From NCBI RefSeq assembly GCF_964213995.1, contig NC_135809.1:103726001-103790000 (forward strand): a stretch of DNA of 64,000 nt, given 5' to 3'. The translations under genes and the position numbers were made by a program. Origin of the DNA: Mustelus asterias. Taxonomy: Eukaryota. A model generated the notes under the pieces. It worked only from the letters and a program-made list of their open reading frames with translations, searched no databases and was not told where the DNA came from. How positions within the stretch are numbered: position 1 is the first letter of the stretch; each line of letters begins with the position of its first letter. Shown piece by piece: positions 12,232 through 25,137 of this stretch.

Positions 12232-15200
12232 TGACTTTGGGATGAGGGAGGAGTTGGCTAAGGTAGACTGGGAGCAAAGATTTTATGGTAGGACAATTGA
12301 GGAACAGTGGAGGACTTTGAAAGCGATTTTTTCACACTGCTCAGCAAAAGTATATGCCAGTGAAAAGGAAGGACTGTAGGAAAAGGGATAATCAGCCATG
12401 GATATCTAAGGAAATAAAGGAGAGCATTACATTGAAAGAAAATGCATACAAAGTGGCAAAGATTAGTGGGAAACTAGAGGATTGAGAAATCTTTAAAGGT
12501 CAACAAAAAGCCACAGAAAAAGCTATAAAGAAAAGTAAGATAGATAATGAGAGTAAACGAGCTCAGAATATATGAAGATATAGCAAAAGTTTCTACAAAT
12601 ATATAAAAGAGAGTGGCTAAGGTAAATATGGTCCTTTTAGAGGATGAGAAGGGGTATTTAATAATGGGAAATGAGGAAATGGCCGAGGCATTGAACAGGT
12701 ATTTTGTGTCAGTGTTAACAATGGAAGACATAAATAACATGCCAAAAATTGATGACAAGGAGGCTATGGCAGGTGAGGAACTAGAAACAACAATTATCAC
12801 TAAAGAGATAGTATTGGGCAAGCTAATGGGGCTAAAGGTAGACAAGTCTCCTGGCCCTGATGGAATGCATCTGAGGGTATTAAAAGAGATGGTGAGGGAA
12901 ATAGCAAATGCGTTCATGGTAATTTACCAAAATTTGCTGGACTCTGCGGTGTTTCTGGCAGATTGGAAAACAGCAAATATGATGGCACTGTTTAAAAAAG
13001 GAGGTAGACAAAAGGTGGATAACTATAGGCCAGTTAGCTTAACTTCTGTAGTTGGGAAAGTGCTTGAATCTATCATCAAGGAAGAAATAGCGAGACTTTT
13101 GGATAGAAATTGTCCCATTGGGCAGACGCAGCATGGGTTCATGAAAGGCAAGTCATGTTTAACTAATTTACTGGAATTCTTTGAGGACATTACAAGCGCG
13201 ATGGACAATGGGGAACTGGTGGATGTGGTTTATCTGGATTTCCAGAAGGCATTCGATAAGGTCCTGCACAAAAGGCTGCTTCATAAGATAAAGGTGCACA
13301 GCATTACGAGTAATATACGAGCTTGGACAGAGGATTGGTTAACTAACAGAAAGCAAAGTGTGGGAATAAGTGTGGTTGGCGTTCAGTGACTAGTCGTGCG
13401 CCTCAGGGATCAGTGTTGGGACCGCAATTGTTTACAATTTTCATAGATGATTTGGAGTTGGGGACCAAGTGTAGAGTGTCAAAGTTTGCAGATGACACTA
13501 AAATGAGTGCTAGAGCAAAGTGTGCAGAGGACACTGAAAGTATGCAGAGGGATATAGACAGTTTAAGTGAGTGGGCAAGGGTCTGGCAGATGGAGTACAA
13601 TGTTGATAAGTGTGAGGTCATCTATTTTGGTAGGAATAACAGCAAAATGAACTATTATTTAAATGGTAAAAAATTGCAGCATGCTGCTGTGCAGAGGGAC
13701 CTGGGTGTCCTTATGCATGAATCACAAAAGTTGGTTTGTAGGTGCAGCAGGTAATTAAGAAGGCAAATGGAATTTTGTCATTCATTGCTAGAGGCATGGA
13801 GTTTAAAACAGGAGGTTGTGTTGCAGCTGTATAGAACATAGAAAAGCTACAGCACAAACAGGCCCTTCGGCCCACAAGTTGCGCCAAACAATTTCCTTAC
13901 CTTCTAGGCTCATCTAGAACCCTCTATCTTACTAACCTCCATGAACCTATCCAAAAGTCTCTTAAAAGACTCAATCAAATCCGCTTCCACCATCACTACC
14001 AGCAGCCGATTCCACGCACCCACCACCCTCTGAGTGAAAAACTTACCCCTAACATCTCCTCTATACCTACTCCCCAGCACCCTAAACCTGTGGCCTCTCG
14101 TGACAACCATTTCAGCCCTGGGTAAAAGCCTCTGAGAATCCACTCTATCAATACCTCTCAACATCTTATACACCTCTATCAGGTCACCTCTCATCCTTCG
14201 CCTCTCCAAGGAGAATAGACCTAGCTCTCTCAACCTATCCTCATAAGGCATACCACTTAATCCCGGCAACATCCTCGTAAATCTCCTCTGCACCCGTTCT
14301 ATGGATTCCACATCCTTTCTGTAATAAGGCGACCAGAACTGGGCACAGTACTCCAGGTGGGGTCTGACCAGGGTCCTATACAGCTGCAGCATTATCTCCC
14401 GATTTCTAAACTCAATTCCTCTATTGATGAAGGCCAGTATTCCATACGCCTTCTTAACCACAGCCTCTACCTGCGATGCCGCTTTGAGCGTCCTATGAAC
14501 CCGGACCCCAAGATCCCTCTGTTCTTCCACACTGCCAAGCGTCTTACCCTTAATATTATATTATTCCATCCTATTCGACCTGCCAAAATGAACCACCACA
14601 CACATATCTGGGTTGAAGTACATCTGCCACTTCTCCGCCCAGTCTTGCATCTTATCTATGTCTCGTTGCAACTGCTGACATCCCTCTACACTATCCACAA
14701 CATCTCCAACCTTTGTGTCATCAGCAAACTTGCCAACCCATCCTTCCACTTTCCCATCCAGGTCATTTATAAAAATCATAAAGAGCAAGGGTCCCAGAAC
14801 AGATCCCTGGGGCACCCCACTGGTGACCGACCTCCACTCTGAAAAAGACCCATCTACAACCACTCTTTGCCTTCTGTGGGCAAGCCAGTTCTGAATCCAC
14901 AAAGCAACGTCCCCTTGTATCCCATGCCCCTTCACTTTCTCCATAAGCCTTGCATGGGGCACCTTATCAAACGCCTTACTGAAATCCATATAAACCACAT
15001 CTACCACTCTTCCCCCGTCTAAGTGTCTAGTCACATCTTCAAAAAACTCAATCAGACTCGTAAGGCATGATCTGCCTCGGACAAAGCCGTGCTGGCTACT
15101 TCTGATCATACTATTCCTTTCCAAATGCTCATAAATCCTGCCTCTCAGGATCTTCTCCATCAACTTACCTACCACTGAGGTTAGACTCACCGGTCTATAA

Positions 15201-15994
15201 TTTCCTGGGCTATCTCTTCTCCCTTTCTTGAATAACGGAACCACATCCTCCATCCTCCAATCCTCCGGAACCTCTCCTGTCTCCATTGACGATGCAAAGA
15301 TCATCGCCAGAGGATCAGCAATCTCTTCCCTCGCCTCCCACAGTAACCTGGGGTACATCCCATCCGGTCCCGGCGATTTATCTAAGGTGCTGTTGAGGTG
15401 TTGTACAAGGTGCTGTTAAGGCCACACCTGGAGTACTGTGTACAGCTTTGGTCTCCTTACTTGATAAAGGATATACTGGTACTGGAGGGGGTGTAGAGGA
15501 GATTCACTAGGTTAATTCCGGAGTTGAGAGGATTGGCTTATGAGGAGGGACTGATTAGGAATAGACTGGGGCTATAGTCATTGGAATTTAGAAGAATGAG
15601 GGGGGATCTTACAGAAACATACAAAATTATGAAGGGAATAGATAAGATAGAAGCCGGGAGGTTGTTTCCACTGGCAGATGAAACTAAAACTAGGGGGCAT
15701 AGCCTCAAAATAAGGGGGAGCAGATTTAGGACTGAGTTCAGGAGGAACTTCTTCACCCAAAGGGTTGTGAAGCTGTAGAATTCCCTGTCCAGTGAGGCAG
15801 TTGAGGCTACCTCGTTGAATGTTTTTAAGGCAAAAATAGATAGATTTTTGAACTGTAAAGGAATTAAGGGTTATGGGTGAGCGGGCAGGTAAGTGGAGCT
15901 GAGTCCACGAAAAGATCACTCATGATCTTATTGAATGACAGAGCAGGCTCGAGAGGCCAGATGGCCTACTCCTGCTCCTAGTTCTTATGTTCTT
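12232..15994 (+). mobile_element. 5'-truncated CR1 LINE (outer element, split by an inverted CR1)
   Basis: ORFs 12613-13389, 13386-13754 and 15581-15778 with KSPGPDG, NYRPVSLTS, QHGFMKGKSCLTN, LDFQKAFDKV, PQGSVLGP and FADD; ends in (ttcttatg)n tail at about 15980-15994. Confidence 0.95.
13831..15383 (-). mobile_element. Young 5'-truncated CR1 LINE nested in the outer CR1
   Basis: ORFs 14561-15358 and 13910-14530 are in frame and separated by one stop; FADD motif present; (ttctatg) tail at 13831-13843. Confidence 0.95.
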
Positions 15995-16231
15995 CATAGT
16001 ATATAAGCAGTCAGTGCTTCTCCCAGTCACTCAATGGGGAAAATGTATGGCCCAGTATGTTATTGAGCCATACATTACAGGAAGACTACAAGTTCCATGT
16101 TCAGCCTATGTTGAGATAACTGAATTCAGGCAAAGTAGCCATTCATAATTACAAATAGCATGAGCATGTTTGGACCAGGAAAAGGAAAAATAAGCTGAGA
16201 GAAGCTATTAAAAATCTCTTGGAAGATACTT

Positions 16232-16637
16232 AATGTTTTTTTATTCATTCATGGGACATGGGCATTGTTGGCTGGCCAGAATTTATTGCCCATCCCTCGT
16301 TGCCCTTGAGAAGGTGGTGGTGAGCTGCTTTCTTGAAATGCTGATACAGCAGCTAGGCCATTTCAGAGGGCATTTGAGAGTCAGCCACATTACTGTGGTT
16401 CTGGAGTCACACGTAGGCCAGACCAGGCGAGGATGGCAAATTTCCTTTCCTCAAGAACATTAATGAACCAGATGGGTTTTTCCGACAATGAACAATGGTT
16501 TCATGGTCATCAGTAGAGTCTTAAATTTTTTATTGAATTCAACCCTGCCATGGCAGGATTCGAACCCAGGTTCCCAGAACAATTGCTGAGTTTCTGGATC
16601 AATAGTCTAGCGATAATATCACTAGGCCATCACCTCC
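16232..16637 (-). mobile_element. tRNA-derived SINE with the tail of the YKAQVR LINE family
   Basis: B box GGTTCGAATCC on the minus strand (about 16556-16567); tail gggatgggcaataaat...cccatgaatgaa. Confidence 0.8.
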
Positions 16638-18564
16638 CCAATTGGACTTCTGAGACCATTAGATGAGGACATAGACCCCAGTCAAAACATTTCAGATTCT
16701 TAGCTTTCTGAAAAGCTGACAGATGAAACATGATTACTTGGTGCAGCATGAGTTGGGACTTCCAGAGAGTAAAAAGGGAATGAGAGGGAAAACAAAATTT
16801 GTAGGCCAGGATGCACTTTTGTCTCCTGAAGAATTGAGGATAATCAATGGTGAGAATACAGCAAAGCATACAGCTGCCATTGGTTTGGTGTCGGCAAATG
16901 CATAAGCATCATGTGAATAACTTCAGAAGGTGTTAGCAATAAAAGCAAGCATGCCATTAATTTATTTCGAACCACTTGTTGTTTTCTGCCATAAATTCCT
17001 TTCTTCTCCTTACTTTATTCTAAAAAAAAGTATCAAGGTTGAAGCTAGAATAGCTTGAAGTACATTAGTGAGGAACCTGTTGCCAGTGATGAACAGTGAC
17101 CATGAGATGTCAAAAGGGATTATGTCATAATAGATGCCTGATGTGGGAGGTGAAAAATTACAGAAATAATTTAGCATTCTACTGTAGATGCTTGTGTTGC
17201 TCACCCAGATCCAATATAAATGGCCAATTGCTTTTCAACAGCCAAGCACAGCACTTTAATAACTGAAAATTAATCAAATAGGAGATTCATTTTGAATGCA
17301 ATTGAAATATATTTGAAGGTCAAAATAAGGATAGTCAAGTAGGGAGGACAATTCTGAGAAATATTTAAGTTAACACTCAATAGGGATCCTTTATTTTGAA
17401 AGGTATGCTTTGGCTTCCTTAGAATAATTTTCTATGTTCAGAAACAGGATCCTTTTGAATATCACTTAGTTATTTTAGAATTCACATCCCTGATACCACA
17501 CTTTCGGAAATTCCACTAGGATTTTCCAGTAAACTATGATCTTGTGCAACCAATTTCTTGAACTTTGCTTAAAAAAATGTTTCAGAGCTATTTCCTGTGC
17601 AAAGATTAACAAAGTTATGCTACCAATTTTGTATAAGGATTATGTTGAATACCTGTCCACCTTTAAATAAAGCTAAGCTATTTTTGTGCCCAATTGAGGA
17701 GAATTGCTGGAATCATGACTAATTCTGCATTGAAGTTCTTAGTTTCTTGGTCAAAGACATGTGTTCAATAATTTCGCTGCAATCTGAGGTTCCAAATGAA
17801 TTAACCAAGAGCGAATTATTTTGTTACAATTTTACAATCTTTTACTCAGCTAACTCATTCTCAAAATGTTAAAAATGTAGAACTTCTTATTCAACATTCA
17901 TGTTCTGTTTTTAAACCTATCTAATCAAAAGTTATCAATTTTTTACCTGCTTTCAATTTTGCTGGTAATCTAAGTGTCAATTTGGTTGCATAGAAAAAAA
18001 AGGACAATTGTACTATTGTGTTTTCTGTTTAACATGAAGTAATGGTTGCTATCAAAGTTTTATTTCATTATAAGAAATAATGCAAAGATATAGCTTGAAG
18101 CAGGATACTGTTGGGATTATTAATGTAAATATGTCTCACTTGATGCCAAGAATCCCACTTAAATATTTTTCCCCATCAATCATATTGATTTCTAATCATC
18201 TCAGATGATGTATTGAATAATAATCATTAAAACATGCAGCATTAGGGTTGGATTTTCCTATATAGTCAGGAAAACCTGACCTATTTGTGCCTTCTGAAAT
18301 GCACACCAGACTCACCTGTGACTTAGCCTGGGATTTTTGTCTTTGCACACAGGGGTCAGGCTTACAGGATATTCTGAAAGCTGTGATGGTGTTTGTGAAG
18401 TGAGTGGGTACAGAGGTAGGCCAGTTAGAAGGCAGTTCCCAACATAGTTTGATGGCCCCCATAAAATCATTGGGGAAAAAACACTAAAACCCTGAATTCA
18501 AACACACTATTATTGATATTGGGGAAAAAAACTCCAGTGCAAAAAAAAGGGGTGTAATCCTTTG

Positions 18565-18935
18565 GGGAGACAATGCTTTAGTGGTATTGTCATTGGACTA
18601 GTGACCCAGGGACCCTGGGGAATTCTCTGGGGACCTGGGTCTGAATCCTACCAGACAGATGGTGAAATCTGAACTCAATTAAGAAAATCTGAAATCAGAA
18701 GTCCAGTGATGATCATGAAACCATTGCCAATTGCCATAAAAACCCATTTGGTTCACTCATGCCGTTGAGGGAAGGAATTGTGCCCTCCTTACCCAGTCTG
18801 ACCCACATGTGACTCTAGAAACTCTCAGCAATGTGGTTGACTTTTAAATGGCCTAGTGAGCTATTCAGTTGAAGGGCAATTAGGGATGGACAATGAATTC
18901 TGGTCCAGCCAGTGATGCCCACATCCCATGAATGA
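18565..18935 (+). mobile_element. tRNA-derived SINE (same family as 62003)
   Basis: tagtggtattgtcattggactagt head, gggtctgaatcc B box, tail gggcaattagggatgg...cccacatcccatgaatgaa. Confidence 0.85.
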
Positions 18936-18999
18936 ATTAGAATTGGATTACCTGACAGAGGAACTAAGGCCAGTTAACAAGCAAGGGGACAGAGATAAA

Positions 19000-19126
19000 G
19001 GGTGGGATTTTCCTGCCATGCTCACCCCAAGGTGGCTGGAAAATCCCACCCGAGGTCAACGGGCCTTTGCATGGTCACCCCACGCCTGCTACAATTCCCG
19101 TGGCAGGCGGGACAGGAAATTTCCAC
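19000..19126. mobile_element. MITE with nested inverted repeats
   Basis: gggtgggattttcc (19000-19013) is the perfect reverse complement of ggaaaatcccaccc (19038-19051); a third similar arm ggaaatttccac ends the element. Confidence 0.65.
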
Positions 19127-19571
19127 ACAGTGACCTTGCTGGATGGCCCTGACCCCACACATGTGAAGCTGAGAAAGCAAGCAAAGAGGCAGGTTCTCTT
19201 TGACAAAGTCTATGAGTAGCTCAACCTTCTGGAAAAAGATTACTTCATTTTGACGTTTCGAGACTCTGAAAATCAAAAGATCTTGGACTCAGCAGAGGAA
19301 ATTAAAAAGCAAATCTGAAGTGGTTTGTGCCAGTTTGTATCCAATGTAAAGTTTTATCCTCCTGACCTTGTCTAGTTCTCTGAGGACATTACCAGAACTA
19401 ATTTACAATCATGACAGTGAAATTGGGCTCAAACTTCGAATCAAATCAGGATCAAGGACTGAAGGAGGTTTTTGAAAAGGAAAGAGGGAACAGCTGAACA
19501 ACAGCAGTATGTTGAGAAAAGAAAGAAGAAATACTCAATTTGGAAAAAAGGACTGAAATGGTGTATACTAG

Positions 19572-20465
19572 TGTTATGTTTGAATGTTTAATGGTAGAGC
19601 ACTAATAATGGCTTTGAAAAATGAAGCCAGCTTTGCATAGTGATAGTTCATTTCTTTTAATGTCATGTCTCTTGTAAAGGGACTTCTTTTAAACTTCAGT
19701 TCTGATTACGGTGCCAATTATCTGCAACTGGCAGCCCACATGCTAATCATACAGAAGAATAATTGCTCCTAATAATTGGCGTATTTGTTTGAGTCAATGA
19801 AGTTTTTTCATTTTCGCATTGTCTCCTCGGGTTTCAGAGTAGTGTTTAATTCGGTTGATTGACATGTGCATGTTATGTGCTAATGGGAGGAGCGAAGCTT
19901 ACACAGAGTCAAGCAGGCAGTTGCTCTTTGAATTTGAAACGGTGCAGCAGCTCTTTCTCTCTCTCTCTGGAAATTGATGCCTGGGTCCTACTAGAAAATA
20001 GGATTCTCTCTCCAAAGGTCTGCAAAAGGCAAGTGGCATTTTTCCCCTCTCTGAAGCTCTACTGTGTGAAGACAGGTCTTTCTCTGGAGGCTGCTGTCTT
20101 AGAGTTAGAAGACAGATGGCTCTCTGTATCTCTGTCCAGAGGTGTTAAGGAGCTGGAAGACTAGAAACCCATGTAAGCCTGTGTGTTTTTGCTAACTGAT
20201 TCTGAAGAGGAGTTTTTGTCTATGGGGAATATTGCTTAAATTGGAACTAATAGAAATAGTTAGCAGATAAGAATTAGCCCTTGTCATGTTTTAGTATTTC
20301 AATTGGTAAAAGTTATGCTAATTCTTTTTATTATAGTTAAACTGTGTTGTTAAATAAAGTTTGTTTTAATAAATCTTCCTGGTGGGCCAATAGAAACACA
20401 CCTGGAGTGAACATCTTATGCTCACACTAATGCCAAAATCAAAAAGTAGTTGGGTTCTAGTCTAA
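19572..20465 (+). mobile_element. Probable solo LTR remnant
   Basis: Starts TGTTATG, has CT-rich body and aataaagtttgtttt polyA/U5-like region; no terminal CA or TSD confirmed. Confidence 0.4.
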
Positions 20466-20804
20466 TATGAGGGTGCAGCCTCCCTCACTCCAAATCGGAG
20501 GCTTCAGCACTGGGCCCTAGGAACACACTACACTATCTGTATATTGCCCAGGCAGAGTTGGAAGGTCAGGTGAGATGGGCACAGAAGAAATTTGATGCAG
20601 GTTATTGGGTACAGAGTGGCAATGTGACACAGATTGCTACTCCAAGGAAATTGCAGCCCAATAATTTTTATTAAAGAATCAAATGTTAGAAATTATAGAT
20701 AAATAATTTAGATTAAATACATTTTAAGTTACAATGAATGGCTTAATGTTCCTGTCGTCCACAAAAGCACTAAATTATTCACCACGACACTATTTCAGTG
20801 ATGA

Positions 20805-20972
20805 ACAAGAAGCCAAAAACTACAGATGCTGCAAATTGAAAAATGTTGGCAGCATCCAAAAGATCAATATATGTTAATTATTCTTATAAAGGATCTACAC
20901 CTGAAATGCGAACTCATCTGTTCTCCCCACGGATACCGATTAATTTACTGAGCAATTTCTATTGTTGTTTTC
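20805..20972. mobile_element. Decayed Penelope pLTR remnant (acagatgctg family), inverted arrangement
   Basis: aaaactacagatgctgcaaattgaaa ... aaggatctacacctgaaatgcgaactc..ttctccccacggatac..ctgagcaatttc; relatives at about 25540-25655, 46561-46640 and 46751-46860. Confidence 0.5.
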
Positions 20973-21944
20973 ATGCCTGTATTGACAATATTAAGCTCAT
21001 CCATTTGGTGGAGCTCTTGGTTTGCTCTAGGATCAAGCAAAGAAGAAACTGCAATGTCTACTCACTTATGTTAAACAACAAATATAATTTGCTGCGAAAA
21101 GTAACTACATTCATCAAGAAGTTCTCCGTTGCCAACAAATCCAAAACAGACCGAGTCTCATACTGATAAATAATATTAATTAGCAGTTAGATCGTCCACT
21201 ATGAATTCAAACTATCACTATAAACTGGTATTAGAATCGAAGACAAGGTTCATTTGTGAGGGAAGAGGTTTGCTATTGTCGTAAATTATAATTGAGTGGG
21301 GGGAATAAGCGGGGGAAATGAATTAGTATGATGAAAATGATGCGGTTAAACTCAATAGCCTGAAACTATTCAGCAAGCACAGCCACTTGTTTACTGTTGA
21401 CCGCACAGGAATTCGGTTACAGATTACTGCACTCAAAAGCAATTTATTGTAACAACAATAGTTGGATCAAATGTAGAGTATTGTCTCAGGCTTCGAATAT
21501 GTTGCAAGGCTGTAACACATCTGAAACATTCATATGCTTGCGTGCTTGAGCAATGTAACCTGAACTCCGTATTGTAATACATTATTTTTAAGGCCGTTTT
21601 ACCATTGATAGTCTTAATTTTTCATATCGTTCAACATTGCTTCTTGCTTCTTTGATAATGACTACCAAATTTAACAATTCAGGTTTAGGAACATAAATAA
21701 AAACTCCAGGCAGAGCAAAGGCTTTCAACTCATTGAAATTCATCCCTCAAACACCCTAATAAAATATAAAGATTGGTCTTGTGGTCAATGGACTGGTCAG
21801 GTGGGCAGAAGAATGGCAAATGCAGTTTAACCCCATGTTGCAAAATGCATTTCTAGCTGGCAAATAAAGCAATGGAATACACAATAAATGGCAGGATTTT
21901 GAGAAATGGAGCTAACTCTTATTATGTATGGGAGAATCTGTACC

Positions 21945-22550
21945 ATAGTTACAGCAGCTGTTCCTCAATATGGAATATTAGTGCAGCATCAGTGCAGAGT
22001 GACTCTCTGAAAATGGCTTTCCATACCTTTGCCTTGGATCTCAGGTGATCTGTATCACTGTCAGCACATCTGTCTGTGCTGAGAATGCCGTTTAAAGAGT
22101 CACAACTGGTGCTGAACTTCTCCATGACATCTTGTGGCATGGTTTGTTCTGAAAGGTGTCAGTTTTACAAAACTCATGGTAGCAGCAAAGTTCAAGGAGC
22201 CTTAGTTCATTTTCATTTATCTTTCCCAGGTTGTGATGTCCAAGAGATGAGGGCCATGATTCATTGTCCACATCTATTTGTGTTGAAATTTCCCAGTAGT
22301 TTAAGATGTTCTGTCTTATGGATTGTGCCGATGGCAGTGTCAATCTTCTCGTAAAACTTGTCTTTCACTTCTGCAGTGGAGTATAGCATTGAAGCATAGA
22401 TAGTCATGATGTTAACCAGCCATGTTTGAGTCGAGAGATGGATGGAGAAAACATGTTCGGAATCATTTGTTAAGAATAATGAGTTCCTTACGGTAAAGCC
22501 TACACCTTGCTCACCCGTTTCCACTGAACTCTTCTGCTACCAGATGAACA
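21945..22550 (-). mobile_element. RTE-clade LINE endonuclease fragment
   Basis: ORFs read EQGVGFTV, IYASMLYSTAEVKDKFY, LLGNFN and LGKINENELRLLELC...HKMSW, typical of the RTE APE domain. Confidence 0.85.
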
Positions 22551-22553
22551 TGT

Positions 22554-22689
22554 GGGCCGGGATTCTCCGGCCATTCATGCCCCGCCGCTGCTGCCAGCGA
22601 GAATGGAGAATTTGGGGTTCAGCCAAATCTCTGTTCACTCCAGTGGGACTGGAGAATCCTGCTGGCATGAACAGCTGAAGAATCCCATC
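22554..22689. mobile_element. MITE about 135 bp
   Basis: Terminal inverted repeat gggattctccggc / gctgaagaatccc (11 of 13 match) with internal ggagaat sub-repeats. Confidence 0.65.
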
Positions 22690-23444
22690 TATGGTGTTTT
22701 TCTTTCAGTATTCTGTTCTTGGCAAGCCTGGTTTCTTGGAGAGATGTAATGTTGATGGAGAGAAGCTATGTTGATGTTCAGCCTGTCAAAATCTGTCAAT
22801 CACAGACAACAAGTGATTGAAAATAAGATTTTTAATAATATACAGCTAGTTATATATTGCCATTACACAGGCTCCTTCCAAGATTATTATACTATGCTAG
22901 CTCCTAGTGAACAGGATAGATAATTATATAATGATACAAGTCCTCATTTAACAGGGACTACATTTCTATTGGGCTTGCTCGGGCCTAGAAAAATAACTTA
23001 AGTGGTGACATTTTAGGTTAATTAGAGCTAGCAGTGAGATCTTCCAATATTTCCTGCAGACATCATCAGCACTACAGTGAAGATTTCACATTGGATCCCA
23101 AAAGGTCACCCTATCTTTTTTGATTAAAATGACCAACACATGTAAAGGTTAGAAAAGATGGGGAAGGCTAAAAATATCAAACTATGAAATACACAAATTA
23201 CAAACCCTCTTGAAAATGTAATCCTATTTATACTTTCCCTATGTAAAAATAATTGCTAGAATTGTTAATGGTGCAGCTATAGATTCAGTCAGTCAGTTAT
23301 TTAGAGTTTGGGGTTTATATTATTATCATTTGTATTGTTTTGAAGACTAGCACATTTTCCGAACTATACCATTCATAGCAATGTAGTAATACTACATGGG
23401 GCATTTTTGTATTGCAAAGTAAATAATTAGAATAGCTATCCATT

Positions 23445-25137
23445 TTACAGGGAATGAGAGCCACTCAAGTGAAATGTTTGCCAGTTAATTTGCCTTGCAG
23501 TCATGCCAGTCTGCCAATTGCCGTGAGGCCTGGGATGGTTGTGCTGATTTTCCGTCACTGCCTGGGCACTGGGCTCCTCTGAAGTGCCCACTTTGTCGCC
23601 CTCTTCTTTCTCCTCCCCGTCCTCCTCAGAAAACATAGCGTTCCAAGTTCTCCTCTTCATTCAGCTCCATATCTCTCTCCATTGCCATGTTGTGCAGTGT
23701 ATAGCAGATGACCACACACAACACGAGATTCTCTGACTGGCTTATACTGGAGGGCACCACCTGACAGGTCAAGACAATGGAAGTGCATCTTCAAGATGGC
23801 AGTGGTCTGTTCAATGCAGGTTAATCTTTGTAGATGGTTTTGGCTGTAGCATCTCTCTTCATATGTGTTTGGAACCATTTAGTCAAGGGATAACACTAAT
23901 CCACCAGCAGCCACACAGAGTCTGGATGCAGGCTTGAAGAGGTGTGGAACCTGGGACTCTTCGGAGGGTGAAAGAATCTTGACAGCACAAATCTGCAAGT
24001 GGACACAGACCAGCTGGACATTCATTGATGGAAACCTTTTCCATTTGGGAATCTGGTTGGCTGGTCTGTCTGTGCCTTAATAACTACGCAGATGTTATCA
24101 ATGACCCTTTGCATCTGAAGAAATCCATTGATAGTGGCAAACACCAATACCCTCTGCGAAGGCCCAGCTGTCTCAAAATGGATGTATCCCCTGGCCCTTG
24201 GAAAAGGGCACCCGTGACTTGTCGGATGTGATGAGTTGTAACATAGGTCTGCAGTTGATCCCTGGAATGATCTAGATGCATAAACATTCAGGGCGATCAT
24301 CATAGAAATCATAGAAACCCTACAGTGCAGAAGGAGGCCATTCAGCCCATCGAGTCTGCACCGACCACAATCCCACCCAGGCCCTATCCCCACAATCCCA
24401 CCCAGGCCCTATCCGCGATGACCTTGATGGCTGCAAGTAGGGAATTGCCATGGGGGCTGGGAGGCCTGATCATCATTGTGGACCACAGTGGAATGTCTCA
24501 GATCAACTGTGATACATACAGTCTCCTACAATACCAACACTGTCATTTGCAGCCAGCAACTGTGCTTCGGAAATACTGCCAATGTATTGACTAGCATTCC
24601 TTTGGCCTTCTCCTGACCAGAGAATATATCTGCTGAAGCTCCTCCTCACTATTCTATCCAGTGCTTGAGTAGCCCGCTCCCATCTCAAAAGTCCTCTGCT
24701 GGTACTCTAGCCACCTCCGATGCCCATGTGATGCCTCATATCCTTCATCCAACCATTCACTGCTCACAAATACCTTGTGATGGCAACCCTGTGCCACTAA
24801 GTGGCTGAGCTCTATTCTCCATTTCTTAAATATGGTGACCATTGTAACTGTAAGCCTTTGAGGCTCCCCACTGTGTTCAGAGCAGCACCTCTTTGTGTCA
24901 GTGTCTGTTTTCCTGGTGCCTCCTGATTGATACTCTAAGACAGCTGCTCAAAAGTCTGTTAACAAGACCTACAACAAGCTCAACCACCAATTAATTAAAG
25001 GCATGCGGATTGTTGACTTTTCCACTCTCCATTTGAAAATCACTTTGTGTTCCAGAGATATTAGGATCCAGTGACGCAATTTCAATGCACACTTACACCA
25101 ATACATATAGTCACAGCAGTAATTGAAAATCCACCTC
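23445..25137 (-). mobile_element. PIF/Harbinger DNA transposon, degraded DDE transposase
   Basis: ORF 24022-24393 (YASRSFQG..ADLC...GFLQMQRVID....IKA...P.RF.NGKGFH) and ORF 23657-23878 (IEQTTAILKMHFHCLDLSGGALQY) match HARBI1-type transposase motifs. The outer boundaries are approximate. Confidence 0.85.
24299..24415 (-). mobile_element. HE1 SINE 3' fragment inserted in the Harbinger transposase
   Basis: catagaaatcatagaaaccctacagtgcagaaggaggccattc tail plus a duplicated cacaatcccacccaggccctatcc unit. Confidence 0.85.

Noticed and set aside
12613-15358. Reverse-transcriptase ORFs as host genes or a retron/DGR-like system
   Set aside because: Motifs and tails are typical 5'-truncated CR1 LINE ORF2; they are broken by stops and have no associated system genes.
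21325-21367. C/D box snoRNA-like motif (ATGATGA...CTGA with short terminal stem)
   Set aside because: Only about 40 nt between the boxes, too short for a snoRNA; no recognisable guide sequence.
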